A DNA stretch of 64,000 bases, taken from the NCBI GenBank assembly GCA_963841435.1, contig CAWJCS010000002.1:1024001-1088000 (forward strand), written 5' to 3'. The position numbers were made by a program, and so were the translations under genes. This DNA is from an uncultured delta proteobacterium. Its GTDB lineage: Bacteria > Myxococcota_A > Polyangia > Polyangiales > Polyangiaceae. The notes below the pieces were generated by a model, which saw nothing but the letters and a program-made list of their open reading frames with translations, did not search any database and was not told the DNA's origin. Below, piece by piece: positions 8,266 through 16,173 of this stretch (position 1 is the stretch's first letter; each line of letters starts with the position of its first letter).

Positions 8266-9458
8266 ACAAGAGCTGGACGATCGAGAAGCTCGTCCCCGGC
8301 GGATCCGGGTTCTGCCGACTGCCCGACGGCCGCTCCGCCTTCGTTGACGGTGCCTTTCCCGGCGACCGTGTGCGCGTGCAGGCCGTTGCCGAGAAGCGCG
8401 GCTACGTGCGCGCCACTCGCTTCGAGCTCGAGGAGGCCGGGCCGGAACGCGTCGAGCCGGCTTGCAGCGTCGCCGACGCGTGCGGCGGCTGCGACTGGAT
8501 GCGGCTCTCGCTCTCCGCGCAGCGCGCGAGCAAGGTAAGGCTCGTCGTCGAGGCCCTCGAGCGCACCGGAGGCATCCGTTTGCCGGCGCCCCCCGAGCTC
8601 GTGACCGCCGGGCCTGCGCTTGCCTATCGGTCGCGTGTCCGCTTGCACATCGACGATCAGGGGCGCGTGGGGTTCTACGGGCGGCAGTCGCACCGCGTCG
8701 TGCCCGTGCGAAAGTGCCCCGTCGCCGCCCCGGAGCTCGACCGCGTGATCCCGGTTTTGGCGGAGCTCGACGCGCCTCGCACCCGTCTGCTCGCGCGCTT
8801 CGAATCGGTCGAGCTTCGCTCGGGCGCCGACGAGGTCGAAATTGCGCTCACACCCCGCGCGGACACCGACGCTCGCGCTCCGGCGCTCGCACCGCTTTAC
8901 CAAGCGCTCGCGTCTCACGGGCAGGTTCGAGACGCGCGGGGGGCTTTCTCCCAAGTGAACCGGGAGGTCAACGCGGTGCTCGTCGCCCGCGTCGTTGCCG
9001 AGGCGGCCGAGCGCGCGGCCGAGACCTTTCTCGACCTCTACGCGGGGGCCGGCAATTTCGGCTTGCCGCTCGCACGCGCGGGGCGTGCGGGCGTCGCCGT
9101 CGAGCTGTCGCGAAAGGCGGCGCGCGCCGCAGAGGCCGTGGCACGTGCCGAAGGGTTGCCCCTCGAGGTTCGGGTGTCCGACGTGCCGAGCGCGCTCCGC
9201 GCGCTCTCCACCGAGCAGCGGGGCTTCGATTTCGTCGTCCTCGATCCACCGAGGGCCGGCGCCAAGGACGCGCTCGCGCCGCTCTCCGCGCTGCGGCCGA
9301 GCGCGGTTGCCTACGTCTCGTGCGACCCCGTGACGCTGGCGCGTGACCTCGCAACCCTCGTCGGCGATGGGCTGCGTCTCGAACGCGTCACGTGCTTCGA
9401 TATGTTCCCGCAGACCCACCACGTGGAGACGCTCGCGGTGCTCGGTCGCGCCCTCTAG
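8232..9458 (+). CDS. rlmD: 23S rRNA m5U methyltransferase, RlmD/TrmA family (start uncertain, about 8260)
   Basis: TRAM-like N-terminus, C..CGGC cluster, FSQVN, LDLYAGAG, LDPPRAG, YVSCDP.TLARD and DMFPQT.HVE. Confidence 0.85.
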   Translation: MGSRVRNGPPLNKSWTIEKLVPGGSGFCRLPDGRSAFVDGAFPGDRVRVQAVAEKRGYVRATRFELEEAGPERVEPACSVADACGGCDWMRLSLSAQRASKVRLVVEALERTGGIRLPAPPELVTAGPALAYRSRVRLHIDDQGRVGFYGRQSHRVVPVRKCPVAAPELDRVIPVLAELDAPRTRLLARFESVELRSGADEVEIALTPRADTDARAPALAPLYQALASHGQVRDARGAFSQVNREVNAVLVARVVAEAAERAAETFLDLYAGAGNFGLPLARAGRAGVAVELSRKAARAAEAVARAEGLPLEVRVSDVPSALRALSTEQRGFDFVVLDPPRAGAKDALAPLSALRPSAVAYVSCDPVTLARDLATLVGDGLRLERVTCFDMFPQTHHVETLAVLGRAL

Positions 9459-9585
9459 GAAGCATTCAGCGCACCAGAGGGGCAATGGCGCGCTGCGCCA
9501 TCGGCGCGCTCCCGACGGGACGGTCCTCGCTTTGTTGGCCCTTGCAGGCCCGGCCGGGAACACTGGGTAAAAGGAGCAAAAGCCC

Positions 9586-10272
9586 ATGCAACTGGTCGTC
9601 AACGGCAGAGCGAGCGCGGTGCCCCTGTGGGTCGTGTCCAACGGGGAGGTCACCATCGGGCCGGTGCGCACGGAGCTACTCCTGCGCGGCATCCGGCATG
9701 GCCGTGTCCCGGCGGACTGTCAGGTGCGAGCCGCCGGATCGGACCAGTGGCGCCCGCTGAGCCAGCTGCGCGAGGTCGCCGCGCTCAACGGTTTGCCTGG
9801 CTCCATCCAGGCCTTCCAACTTGCCGCCGCCGAGATCGCAGAGGCGCCCGACGAGCAGGAGGTGCTGATGAGCCTGCTCCACGGCGCCGCGACCGCGACG
9901 TGCGCCGCGCGTGGTCTCATTCACCGTGTGCGCGCTCCCATCGGTCTGCCCGTGACCTCGTACGCGCTAGGCGGGCTCGACGAAGAGCTCGGCACCGTAA
10001 TCCCCTCGCATGATCCGTCGTACTCGCTGGCGCGTGCCGGTCAGACGCTCATCGGCTCGCCCGACGGCGGCCCTGCCGAGCGCGTCGTCGGTGGGCGCCT
10101 GGGGTGCGGTGCGCTCAAGGGGATCCTCATGGTCCCGGTGAGCTACGGCACCGAGGTCGCCGCCCTGCTCGAGCTCGGCCGCGAGGGCCGCCCCTTCAGG
10201 CTCGACGACGTCGATCAACTGTCGCGCCTGTGCACGCTCGCCATCGCGCGCCTGGAAGACCTCGTCGGCTGA
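9586..10272 (+). CDS. GYF_2 domain plus GAF-like domain protein
   Basis: W.V..G...GP.....L..G...G.V..D..V......W..L is a GYF_2 pattern. The C-terminal ILMVPV....VAALLELGR...PF...D is a GAF-like pattern. AAGGAG Shine-Dalgarno upstream. Confidence 0.7.
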   Translation: MQLVVNGRASAVPLWVVSNGEVTIGPVRTELLLRGIRHGRVPADCQVRAAGSDQWRPLSQLREVAALNGLPGSIQAFQLAAAEIAEAPDEQEVLMSLLHGAATATCAARGLIHRVRAPIGLPVTSYALGGLDEELGTVIPSHDPSYSLARAGQTLIGSPDGGPAERVVGGRLGCGALKGILMVPVSYGTEVAALLELGREGRPFRLDDVDQLSRLCTLAIARLEDLVG

Positions 10273-10460
10273 GTGGCCCGCTCGGGGGGCGCCGCCCCCG
10301 CCGGCGCCTCGACCACCAGTGACCCTGCGCCCTTGCCCGGGCCGGTCCGCGGACCTGTCGTCGCACCGTCACGTTTCGTCCACGTCGGATGTTTTTCAAA
10401 AGTGAAACCAAATGGCACCCAGACCACGGGTAAGTTGCTGAAATGTCGCCCTCTGAGGAC

Positions 10461-10476
10461 TGGCACGCGGTGTGCT
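10461..10476 (+). promoter_or_regulatory. Sigma54 -24/-12 promoter
   Basis: TGGCACGCGGTGTGCT: GG at 10462-10463, N10, GC at 10474-10475. Close to the TGGCACG-N4-TTGCW consensus. Confidence 0.75.
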
Positions 10477-10486
10477 GTATAGCTGC

Positions 10487-10590
10487 CTGAAGGCGGCGCC
10501 CTTGGTGCCCCCCCCTCCGCCTCGGTCGCCGCCTCCTTAATCCACTCAACGGCTCGGAGCCACCCCGCTCCGGGCTGTTGCACTTTTGTG
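10487..10590 (+). ncRNA. Candidate sigma54-dependent small RNA with Pxr-like architecture
   Basis: Begins about 12 nt after the -12 box. Hairpin GAAGGCGGCG (10489-10498) pairs with CGCCGCCTCC (10527-10536) around a C8TC loop. A second 14-bp hairpin with a T-run follows. No credible plus-strand CDS. Confidence 0.6.
10547..10588 (+). terminator. Intrinsic terminator-like hairpin
   Basis: CAACGGCTCGGAGC (10547-10560), loop CACCCC, GCTCCGGGCTGTTG (10567-10580), then CACTTTT. Confidence 0.6.
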
Positions 10591-10613
10591 GATCCGAGAA
10601 CGCCGGGCGCCGT

Positions 10614-12572
10614 TCACTCGGGCTCGTCGTCGTGCATCCAGCGCGTCAGCATGGGTGCGAGGACGAAGCAGAACGCCGCCGCAACCGCGGAAGCGATGGC
10701 GATCTTGCCGAAGACTCCACCGTAAATGCCGACGGTGGCGATTGGCAGGACGAGTCCCGCGCCGCCTTCCTCGACCCCGGTGAACTGGGAAATGATGGCG
10801 GCGAGATATTGCGAGAATGCCGTGGCCAGAAACCACGTGCCCATCACGGTGCTGACGAGCAGCCGGGGTGAGAGGCGCGTCACCATGGCAAGCCCCACGG
10901 GCGAAAGGCAAAGCTCACCCGTCGTGTGCAAGAGGTAGCCGAGCACGAGCCACCAGACGCCGACCATGCCCCGGGCGTCCGCAGTCTTCGCGCCGTACCA
11001 GAGCGCGGCGAAGCCGAGCGACAGCTGGAACAAGCCGAGGGAAAACTTCACGGGCGCGCTCGGGTCGCGCCCGCGACGGCCGAGGTTCGTCCAGAGGGCG
11101 CTCAAAACGAGACCGAAGCACAAAATGAAAACGGGATTGGTGGCCTGAAACAGGCTTGCGGGGGTCTCGTCGGCTCGGCTCGCGATCCCCATGCCGACGT
11201 TGTCCGCCGCGACGTGCCACGGAACCGTCGCTTCCGGTGCCTCGTGCGTCGCGCGGAAACGGTCGAGATCCTCGAGCGAGAAGAGCCGCTTGCCGTCGTG
11301 GTAGCCGACCTGCTCCTGGGTGGGCGTGAGCTCGATGACCTTTCCCACGTCGGCGTGGTCGAGGCGGCGTGTCTCACCGACGCGATCGACGTTGCGATCG
11401 GTAAAGTTGTTGATCGAGCTGCCGGCCTGCTCGAAAAACGACCAGAACAGGAGCGAAAAGAAAGTCAGCACGAACACCACGCCGAGCCGCTGGCGTTCGA
11501 CCTTCGATAGACCGGTCATGCGTTTGAGCAAGTAGCCGACGGCGAACAGCCCCGTGAGCGTGAGCACGAGACCGGCTGGCTTGCTGACCTCGGCGGCAAC
11601 CGTCGAAAGCAGCGGATTTTTCAGACTCTCGCGCACGCCGTCGGACAGGAGCACGAGCGGCTCGCCGTCGGCACGCAGCGGCGAGAAGCCGGAGACGAGC
11701 AGCGCGAGCAGCGGCACGGCCAGGAGCGTGGCGACGTAGACGACGCGCTCGGCCGAGAGAGGGCCGACGAGCGGCGTCGTGAGCCGCGTCGAGTCCGGTG
11801 GCGCCCCCGCGCTTTTCGGTACGCCGCCCCGAGCGAGCGCGATGGTGGCGATCACGGCGGCGATGACGAGCGCGACGGCGGCGAGCACGTTCACGGCGAC
11901 GGCCCAGCCGTTGTTCGGACGGAGCACGAGCAGCGCACCGGAAGTGGCGAGTGCGCCGCCGAGAATCATGGTCTGGGCGACGCGCGGGGGCGCGACGAAG
12001 ACGCTGAGCCCGACGAGCATGCCGATCGTCGCCAGGCCGAAACCGTAGTGCCATCCGTACGTCTCGCCGATGTAGCCGCAGAGCAGCGGCGAGAGCGTCG
12101 CGCCGAGGTTGATGCCCATGTAAAAGAGCGTGAAACCGCCGTCGCGCCGCGGGCTCCCAGCCTCGTACAAGGAGCCGACGATCGTGGAGATGTTGGGCTT
12201 GAAGAAGCCGTTGCCGGCGATGAGCAGCGCGAGCGCACCGAAGAAGGCCACGTCCTTTTCGACGGTCATCAAGAGATGTCCCGCCGCCATGAGTGCGCCG
12301 CCCAGCACCACGGCGCGCCGCGCGCCGAGCAGCCGGTCGGCGAGCATGCCGCCGAAGAACGGCGTCATGTACACGAGCGCCGTGTAGGAGCCGTACACGC
12401 CGTACGCGCGGTGGTCGTCGTAGTGTAAGAACCCCTTCAGCATGTAAAAGAGGAGCAGCGCCCGCATCCCGTAGTACGAGAAGCGCTCCCACATCTCGGC
12501 GAAGAAGAGCGTGAACAGTGCGGCGGGGTGACCGAAGAGCGTCGCCGTCTTGTCGTCTTCGGCCGCCTGCAT
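10614..12572 (-). CDS. POT/PTR family proton-dependent oligopeptide transporter
   Basis: FGHP.ALFTLFFAEMWERFSYYGMR, GNGFFKPNIST, FYMGINLG and GELCLSPVGL. Confidence 0.95.
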   Translation of the reverse strand: MQAAEDDKTATLFGHPAALFTLFFAEMWERFSYYGMRALLLFYMLKGFLHYDDHRAYGVYGSYTALVYMTPFFGGMLADRLLGARRAVVLGGALMAAGHLLMTVEKDVAFFGALALLIAGNGFFKPNISTIVGSLYEAGSPRRDGGFTLFYMGINLGATLSPLLCGYIGETYGWHYGFGLATIGMLVGLSVFVAPPRVAQTMILGGALATSGALLVLRPNNGWAVAVNVLAAVALVIAAVIATIALARGGVPKSAGAPPDSTRLTTPLVGPLSAERVVYVATLLAVPLLALLVSGFSPLRADGEPLVLLSDGVRESLKNPLLSTVAAEVSKPAGLVLTLTGLFAVGYLLKRMTGLSKVERQRLGVVFVLTFFSLLFWSFFEQAGSSINNFTDRNVDRVGETRRLDHADVGKVIELTPTQEQVGYHDGKRLFSLEDLDRFRATHEAPEATVPWHVAADNVGMGIASRADETPASLFQATNPVFILCFGLVLSALWTNLGRRGRDPSAPVKFSLGLFQLSLGFAALWYGAKTADARGMVGVWWLVLGYLLHTTGELCLSPVGLAMVTRLSPRLLVSTVMGTWFLATAFSQYLAAIISQFTGVEEGGAGLVLPIATVGIYGGVFGKIAIASAVAAAFCFVLAPMLTRWMHDDEPE

Positions 12573-12624
12573 CGAGGGGCCGAGCCTATCATCAAGCTCA
12601 CGGGGCGGGACCCCGATGCGCGTG

Positions 12625-13584
12625 TCAGACGAGGAAGCCGGTCGTTGCCTCGAGCCGGACCGCGGCGTGCGGCAGCCGATCCAGCCGGAAGCTCGCCACG
12701 AGATCGCGCGCGGAGACGGGCTCTTTGGTCTCGATGCCCACGCTCCTGGCTGCCCAGGCGACGATGCGGCGCGCGTCGACGCCGCGGCCCCTGAGCTCTC
12801 GCAGCGCGAGGTCGTGCTCGTGCTTGGCGAGGCGGCGGCCCGTCGCGTCGAGGACGAGTGGGACGTGGACCCAGCTCGGGTGGGGGAGCGAAAGGGCATT
12901 TTGCACGTGCCACTGACGCACCGCGCTCGGCAAGAGGTCTCGCCCGCGCACCACCTCGCTCACGCCTTCCGCAGCGTCGTCGACGGCGACCGCGAGCTGA
13001 TACGCCGGCGCGCCGCCGCGCCTCTGGACGAGAAAATCGCCGACCTCGCTCGCCACGTCGGTCGTGAACGGGCCGTACGAACCGTCCTCGATGGTGACGG
13101 GCCCGGGCGGAACGCGCAGGCGCACGGCGACCGGCCTGCCCGCCTGACGCTCCGCTTCCTCGATGCTCGCGAAGCGATCGCGACACGTTCCCGGGTAGCG
13201 CGGCTCGACCTCGCCTTCGTGAGGCGCTTGCGCGAGGGTCCTGAGGTCCGCTCGCGTGCAGATGCAAGGGTAGGCCATGCCGCTTTCGAGCAGCTTTTGC
13301 ACGGCATCGTCGAAGCGCTCGAGGTGCGCCGACTGCACGCTGGGCTCGCCGTCCCAATCGAGCCCGAGCCACGCGAGGTCCTCGCGCAGAGCGTCGGCGA
13401 GCTCCGGGCGGCTGCGGTCGGCGTCGAGATCCTCGATGCGCAACAGGACTCGGCCCCCCCTCGAACGCGCGTGCCACCAGGCGACGAGGAAGGTGCGAGC
13501 GTGGCCGAGGTGCAGGTAGCCGGTCGGGCTCGGCGCGAGCCGGCCGAGCAGCGCCGGTGCGTCCGCCTCGGCCTTTCGCGTCAT
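12625..13584 (-). CDS. gluQ: Glutamyl-Q tRNA(Asp) synthetase
   Basis: GRLAPSPTGYLHLG, LRIEDLD, YPC.CTR, YQLAVAVDD, VVRGRDL and RLAK. No anticodon-binding domain. Confidence 0.9.
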   Translation of the reverse strand: MTRKAEADAPALLGRLAPSPTGYLHLGHARTFLVAWWHARSRGGRVLLRIEDLDADRSRPELADALREDLAWLGLDWDGEPSVQSAHLERFDDAVQKLLESGMAYPCICTRADLRTLAQAPHEGEVEPRYPGTCRDRFASIEEAERQAGRPVAVRLRVPPGPVTIEDGSYGPFTTDVASEVGDFLVQRRGGAPAYQLAVAVDDAAEGVSEVVRGRDLLPSAVRQWHVQNALSLPHPSWVHVPLVLDATGRRLAKHEHDLALRELRGRGVDARRIVAWAARSVGIETKEPVSARDLVASFRLDRLPHAAVRLEATTGFLV

Positions 13585-14147
13585 TCGCTCGGACAGCCGC
13601 ACACGGTGACGCGACGGCCAGCCTGGGCGACGATGCCGCGCGCGCGCGTGCAGCGGGCGTCGTCGTCGCCGGCGATGCGGCAGATCGAGCCCGCGGCGCG
13701 GCCGAGCGAGGCGAACGCCCGGCAGGCCGTCTGGCAGCTCGACTCCCGCGACTTCTTGTCGGCCTTGCTCTCCGGCGCTTCGTCCGCCTCGCGCTCCGAA
13801 GCGCGCGGGCGGGCGCGGGCGGGCGCCGCCGCGGGTGGTGCCGCAGCGCCGGTCGCCGACGAGGCCTTCGAGGGCGGTGGTCCGAGCGCGAGCTCGAGCT
13901 CGGCTCGGGCCCGTTCGAGCTCGGCCTGGGCCTCCGACAGGTCGTCGACGCCAGCGCGCCCCTCCTCGAGCGCGTCGGTGGGGACGCTCTCTTCGCCCGC
14001 AGGCGGGGGTGCGGGTGCCGCGGCGGGCTCCTGGGCCGGTGCGACGGAACCGGGCTCGGCCGGGGCGGCCGGGGCGGGCGCCTGCTGGGCGCTGCAGCCG
14101 GAAACCAGGCCGAGGCTCAGCGTGAGGAGCAGCCGTCGCAGGGGCAC
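13581..14147 (-). CDS. Lipoprotein with Cys-rich C-terminus (start uncertain)
   Basis: Lipobox LVSGC and CQTACRA...IC.....RC motif. The stop overlaps the gluQ start. Confidence 0.65.
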   Translation of the reverse strand: MPLRRLLLTLSLGLVSGCSAQQAPAPAAPAEPGSVAPAQEPAAAPAPPPAGEESVPTDALEEGRAGVDDLSEAQAELERARAELELALGPPPSKASSATGAAAPPAAAPARARPRASEREADEAPESKADKKSRESSCQTACRAFASLGRAAGSICRIAGDDDARCTRARGIVAQAGRRVTVCGCPSE

Positions 14148-14178
14148 CCAGGTTAGACGCACGACGGCTCGGTTCGGC

Positions 14179-15405
14179 TCAACGGCACTTGAGGCTCCGG
14201 GCCCAGGTGCGCCCGTCGGCGACGTACGCAATGAGCCCACCATTCGGCAGAGGCGCGAGGGAGACGCTCGCGAAGCCTGCGGCGTTGGCGACCGTCACGG
14301 TGCGGCCGCTCTGGGGCTCGGCGAGGACCAGCTCCTGGGGGGAATGGGGCGCGCTCGCCGAAGGTCGCACGAACGCGAGATGAAGCCTCTCGCACAGCGT
14401 GCTCGCGGCGGCCGGCGCGAGATCGATGCCGTTCGGGTAGTCGAAGAACGAGGCCTCGGTGTCCATGCGCGGTCTCGCGCCGAGCGCGAGCGTCGCGAGG
14501 CCGAAGTGCGTCGCGTCGCGCTCGAGCGGCACGGCCGCCCAGGCGTCGTCGCCCGCGGCGCCCGCGACCACCTCGGTGAAGGAATGGGCGGGTCCCCCGA
14601 CCCAAGCCACGACGTCCTCACCGAGCTTCGGCGAGCCGCCCTCCGTCGAAAGCGTGCGCGCGTGGAGCGGCGTCATCCCGCTCCGGCCATCGATCGAAAC
14701 GGCGAGGGCGGTGTGCTCGGAGGTCTTCGTCAGCGAGACGCTGCTCGCCCCCGCGCCCTCGGGCGTGATCTCGAAGCTCGCCCCGCGTGACGTCCAGAGC
14801 CTCGCGCGCGACGTGCCCTCGTCGTCCGGTCTGCCGAGATAGGCGACCACGGCGACGCCGTCGAGCTCGACGGCCGAGGTTCGACACGAAACACGCGCGT
14901 CGTCGGCGATCACCTCGAGCGTGCCGCCCGAAAGGGAGCGGCGCACGAGCCGCCCGTGCGACACCCAGTACGCCTGCCCGAGCGCGATGCTCGGTCCTCG
15001 CCCGACCGGCGCGAGCTCCTCGGGCCCGGCCTCGACGCTCGGGAAATGGAGCGCGGGTGGGCGGCCGCTCGTCGTCGGCGCCGCGACGAGCACGCGGTCG
15101 TCGCGCGTGACGAGCACCACGCCGGCGGGGGATGCGGTCGCGGGGCCCGCGGGGCCCACGTCGTCGAGCTCGCCGAGCGCGATTTTTGGCAGCCCACCGT
15201 CCCCGCTGAGCTCGACCTTGACGCTCGTCGGCGCGGGCTTCGGCGCCGTGACGCTGGGCGCGGGCTTCGGCGCGCCGCTCGATGGCGTCGCCCGGGCGCT
15301 TTCGCGCGGCGCCGCGCCGGCGGCCGAGGCAGCCGCGGGCGGCGCGTCCTTGCGGCTGCACGCGACGAGCGCGAAAAAAAGCGCCAGAACCGCCGGTCGG
15401 AGCAT
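14179..15405 (-). CDS. Lipoprotein, probable beta-propeller
   Basis: AAAGGAG Shine-Dalgarno, lipobox LVAC, Pro-rich linker and a beta-rich body. Confidence 0.7.
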   Translation of the reverse strand: MLRPAVLALFFALVACSRKDAPPAAASAAGAAPRESARATPSSGAPKPAPSVTAPKPAPTSVKVELSGDGGLPKIALGELDDVGPAGPATASPAGVVLVTRDDRVLVAAPTTSGRPPALHFPSVEAGPEELAPVGRGPSIALGQAYWVSHGRLVRRSLSGGTLEVIADDARVSCRTSAVELDGVAVVAYLGRPDDEGTSRARLWTSRGASFEITPEGAGASSVSLTKTSEHTALAVSIDGRSGMTPLHARTLSTEGGSPKLGEDVVAWVGGPAHSFTEVVAGAAGDDAWAAVPLERDATHFGLATLALGARPRMDTEASFFDYPNGIDLAPAAASTLCERLHLAFVRPSASAPHSPQELVLAEPQSGRTVTVANAAGFASVSLAPLPNGGLIAYVADGRTWARSLKCR

Positions 15406-15487
15406 GCTCCTTTCGGGTTACTCGCGGCTCGACCGAAAACCAAGAGAAGGCTTCAGCCGATGGCACGAACGCGCTAGGGACGGTGCC

Positions 15488-16114
15488 ATGCGGTCGGGTT
15501 TCGGTCCCGTGGTCCTCCTCGTCGGGCTCGCGCTCGCGGCGTGCAAGAGCGCCACGAGGGAGCCACGCAGCCCCGAGCCAATCGGCGCGAGCACGGGACC
15601 CGAGCCCGCGCTCGACGAGACTCAGGAGTCACCCGACGAGGCCCCCGGGCCGTCGTTGCCTCCGACGCCACCCGAGCCCGGCACGAGCGCTTCCGCTCGC
15701 CCGGCACCCGCCGGCAGCGCGGCCGTGCGCCCGCCCGCCCCCACCGTCCCCGAGCGCCACGGGCCGCCGCTGCCCGAGCTTCGCGTCAAGAGCTTCGGCC
15801 TCCACATCGGCGGCACCGCGCGCGACGCGGCGGAGCGTGACAAGATCTTGGCCACGCTCGAGCAAAAATCGTGGCGCTATCTCGAGTGCTACCAGCTCGT
15901 CGAGCAACCCGGCACGGAGGGAACCTTCGGCGCGGACCTCAAGGTGAGCGGTCGTGGCGGCAGGCCGAGCGTCGGCCACGTGCGCACCAGGCTCAAGGGA
16001 GATCGCTTCCGGAGCTGTCTCGAGGAAGCGTTCGGTAGCGTGACGTTCGACGAGACGCCGTCGGGGCGCGCCATCGTCGTGAGTTACTCGGTGAAGTTTT
16101 CGTTCGCCTGGTAA
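15488..16114 (+). CDS. Lipoprotein with AgmX/PglI (TonB-C-like) C-terminal domain
   Basis: Lipobox LAAC, Pro-rich linker and the pattern CY......EG......G.......FRSCL......F......VSY.V.F. Confidence 0.65.
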   Translation: MRSGFGPVVLLVGLALAACKSATREPRSPEPIGASTGPEPALDETQESPDEAPGPSLPPTPPEPGTSASARPAPAGSAAVRPPAPTVPERHGPPLPELRVKSFGLHIGGTARDAAERDKILATLEQKSWRYLECYQLVEQPGTEGTFGADLKVSGRGGRPSVGHVRTRLKGDRFRSCLEEAFGSVTFDETPSGRAIVVSYSVKFSFAW

Positions 16115-16173
16115 GGTCGTGGCGTTGCGCGGCGCGGCGATGGCGCGGCGCCGGGGGCGGTGGGCGGCTTGCC

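Noticed and set aside
9485-9501. Inverted repeat ATGGCGC-N3-GCGCCAT between rlmD and the GYF_2 gene
   Set aside because: A 7-bp GC-rich stem is plausible by chance at this composition, with no U-tract or second copy to support it.
12550-14790. Long alternative-frame and antisense ORFs (for example 12550-14790 +, 33172-35676 +, 55719-58106 +)
   Set aside because: These are shadow ORFs expected at very high GC. They lie opposite genes with clear family motifs and have Arg/Ala/Gly-biased, motif-free translations.
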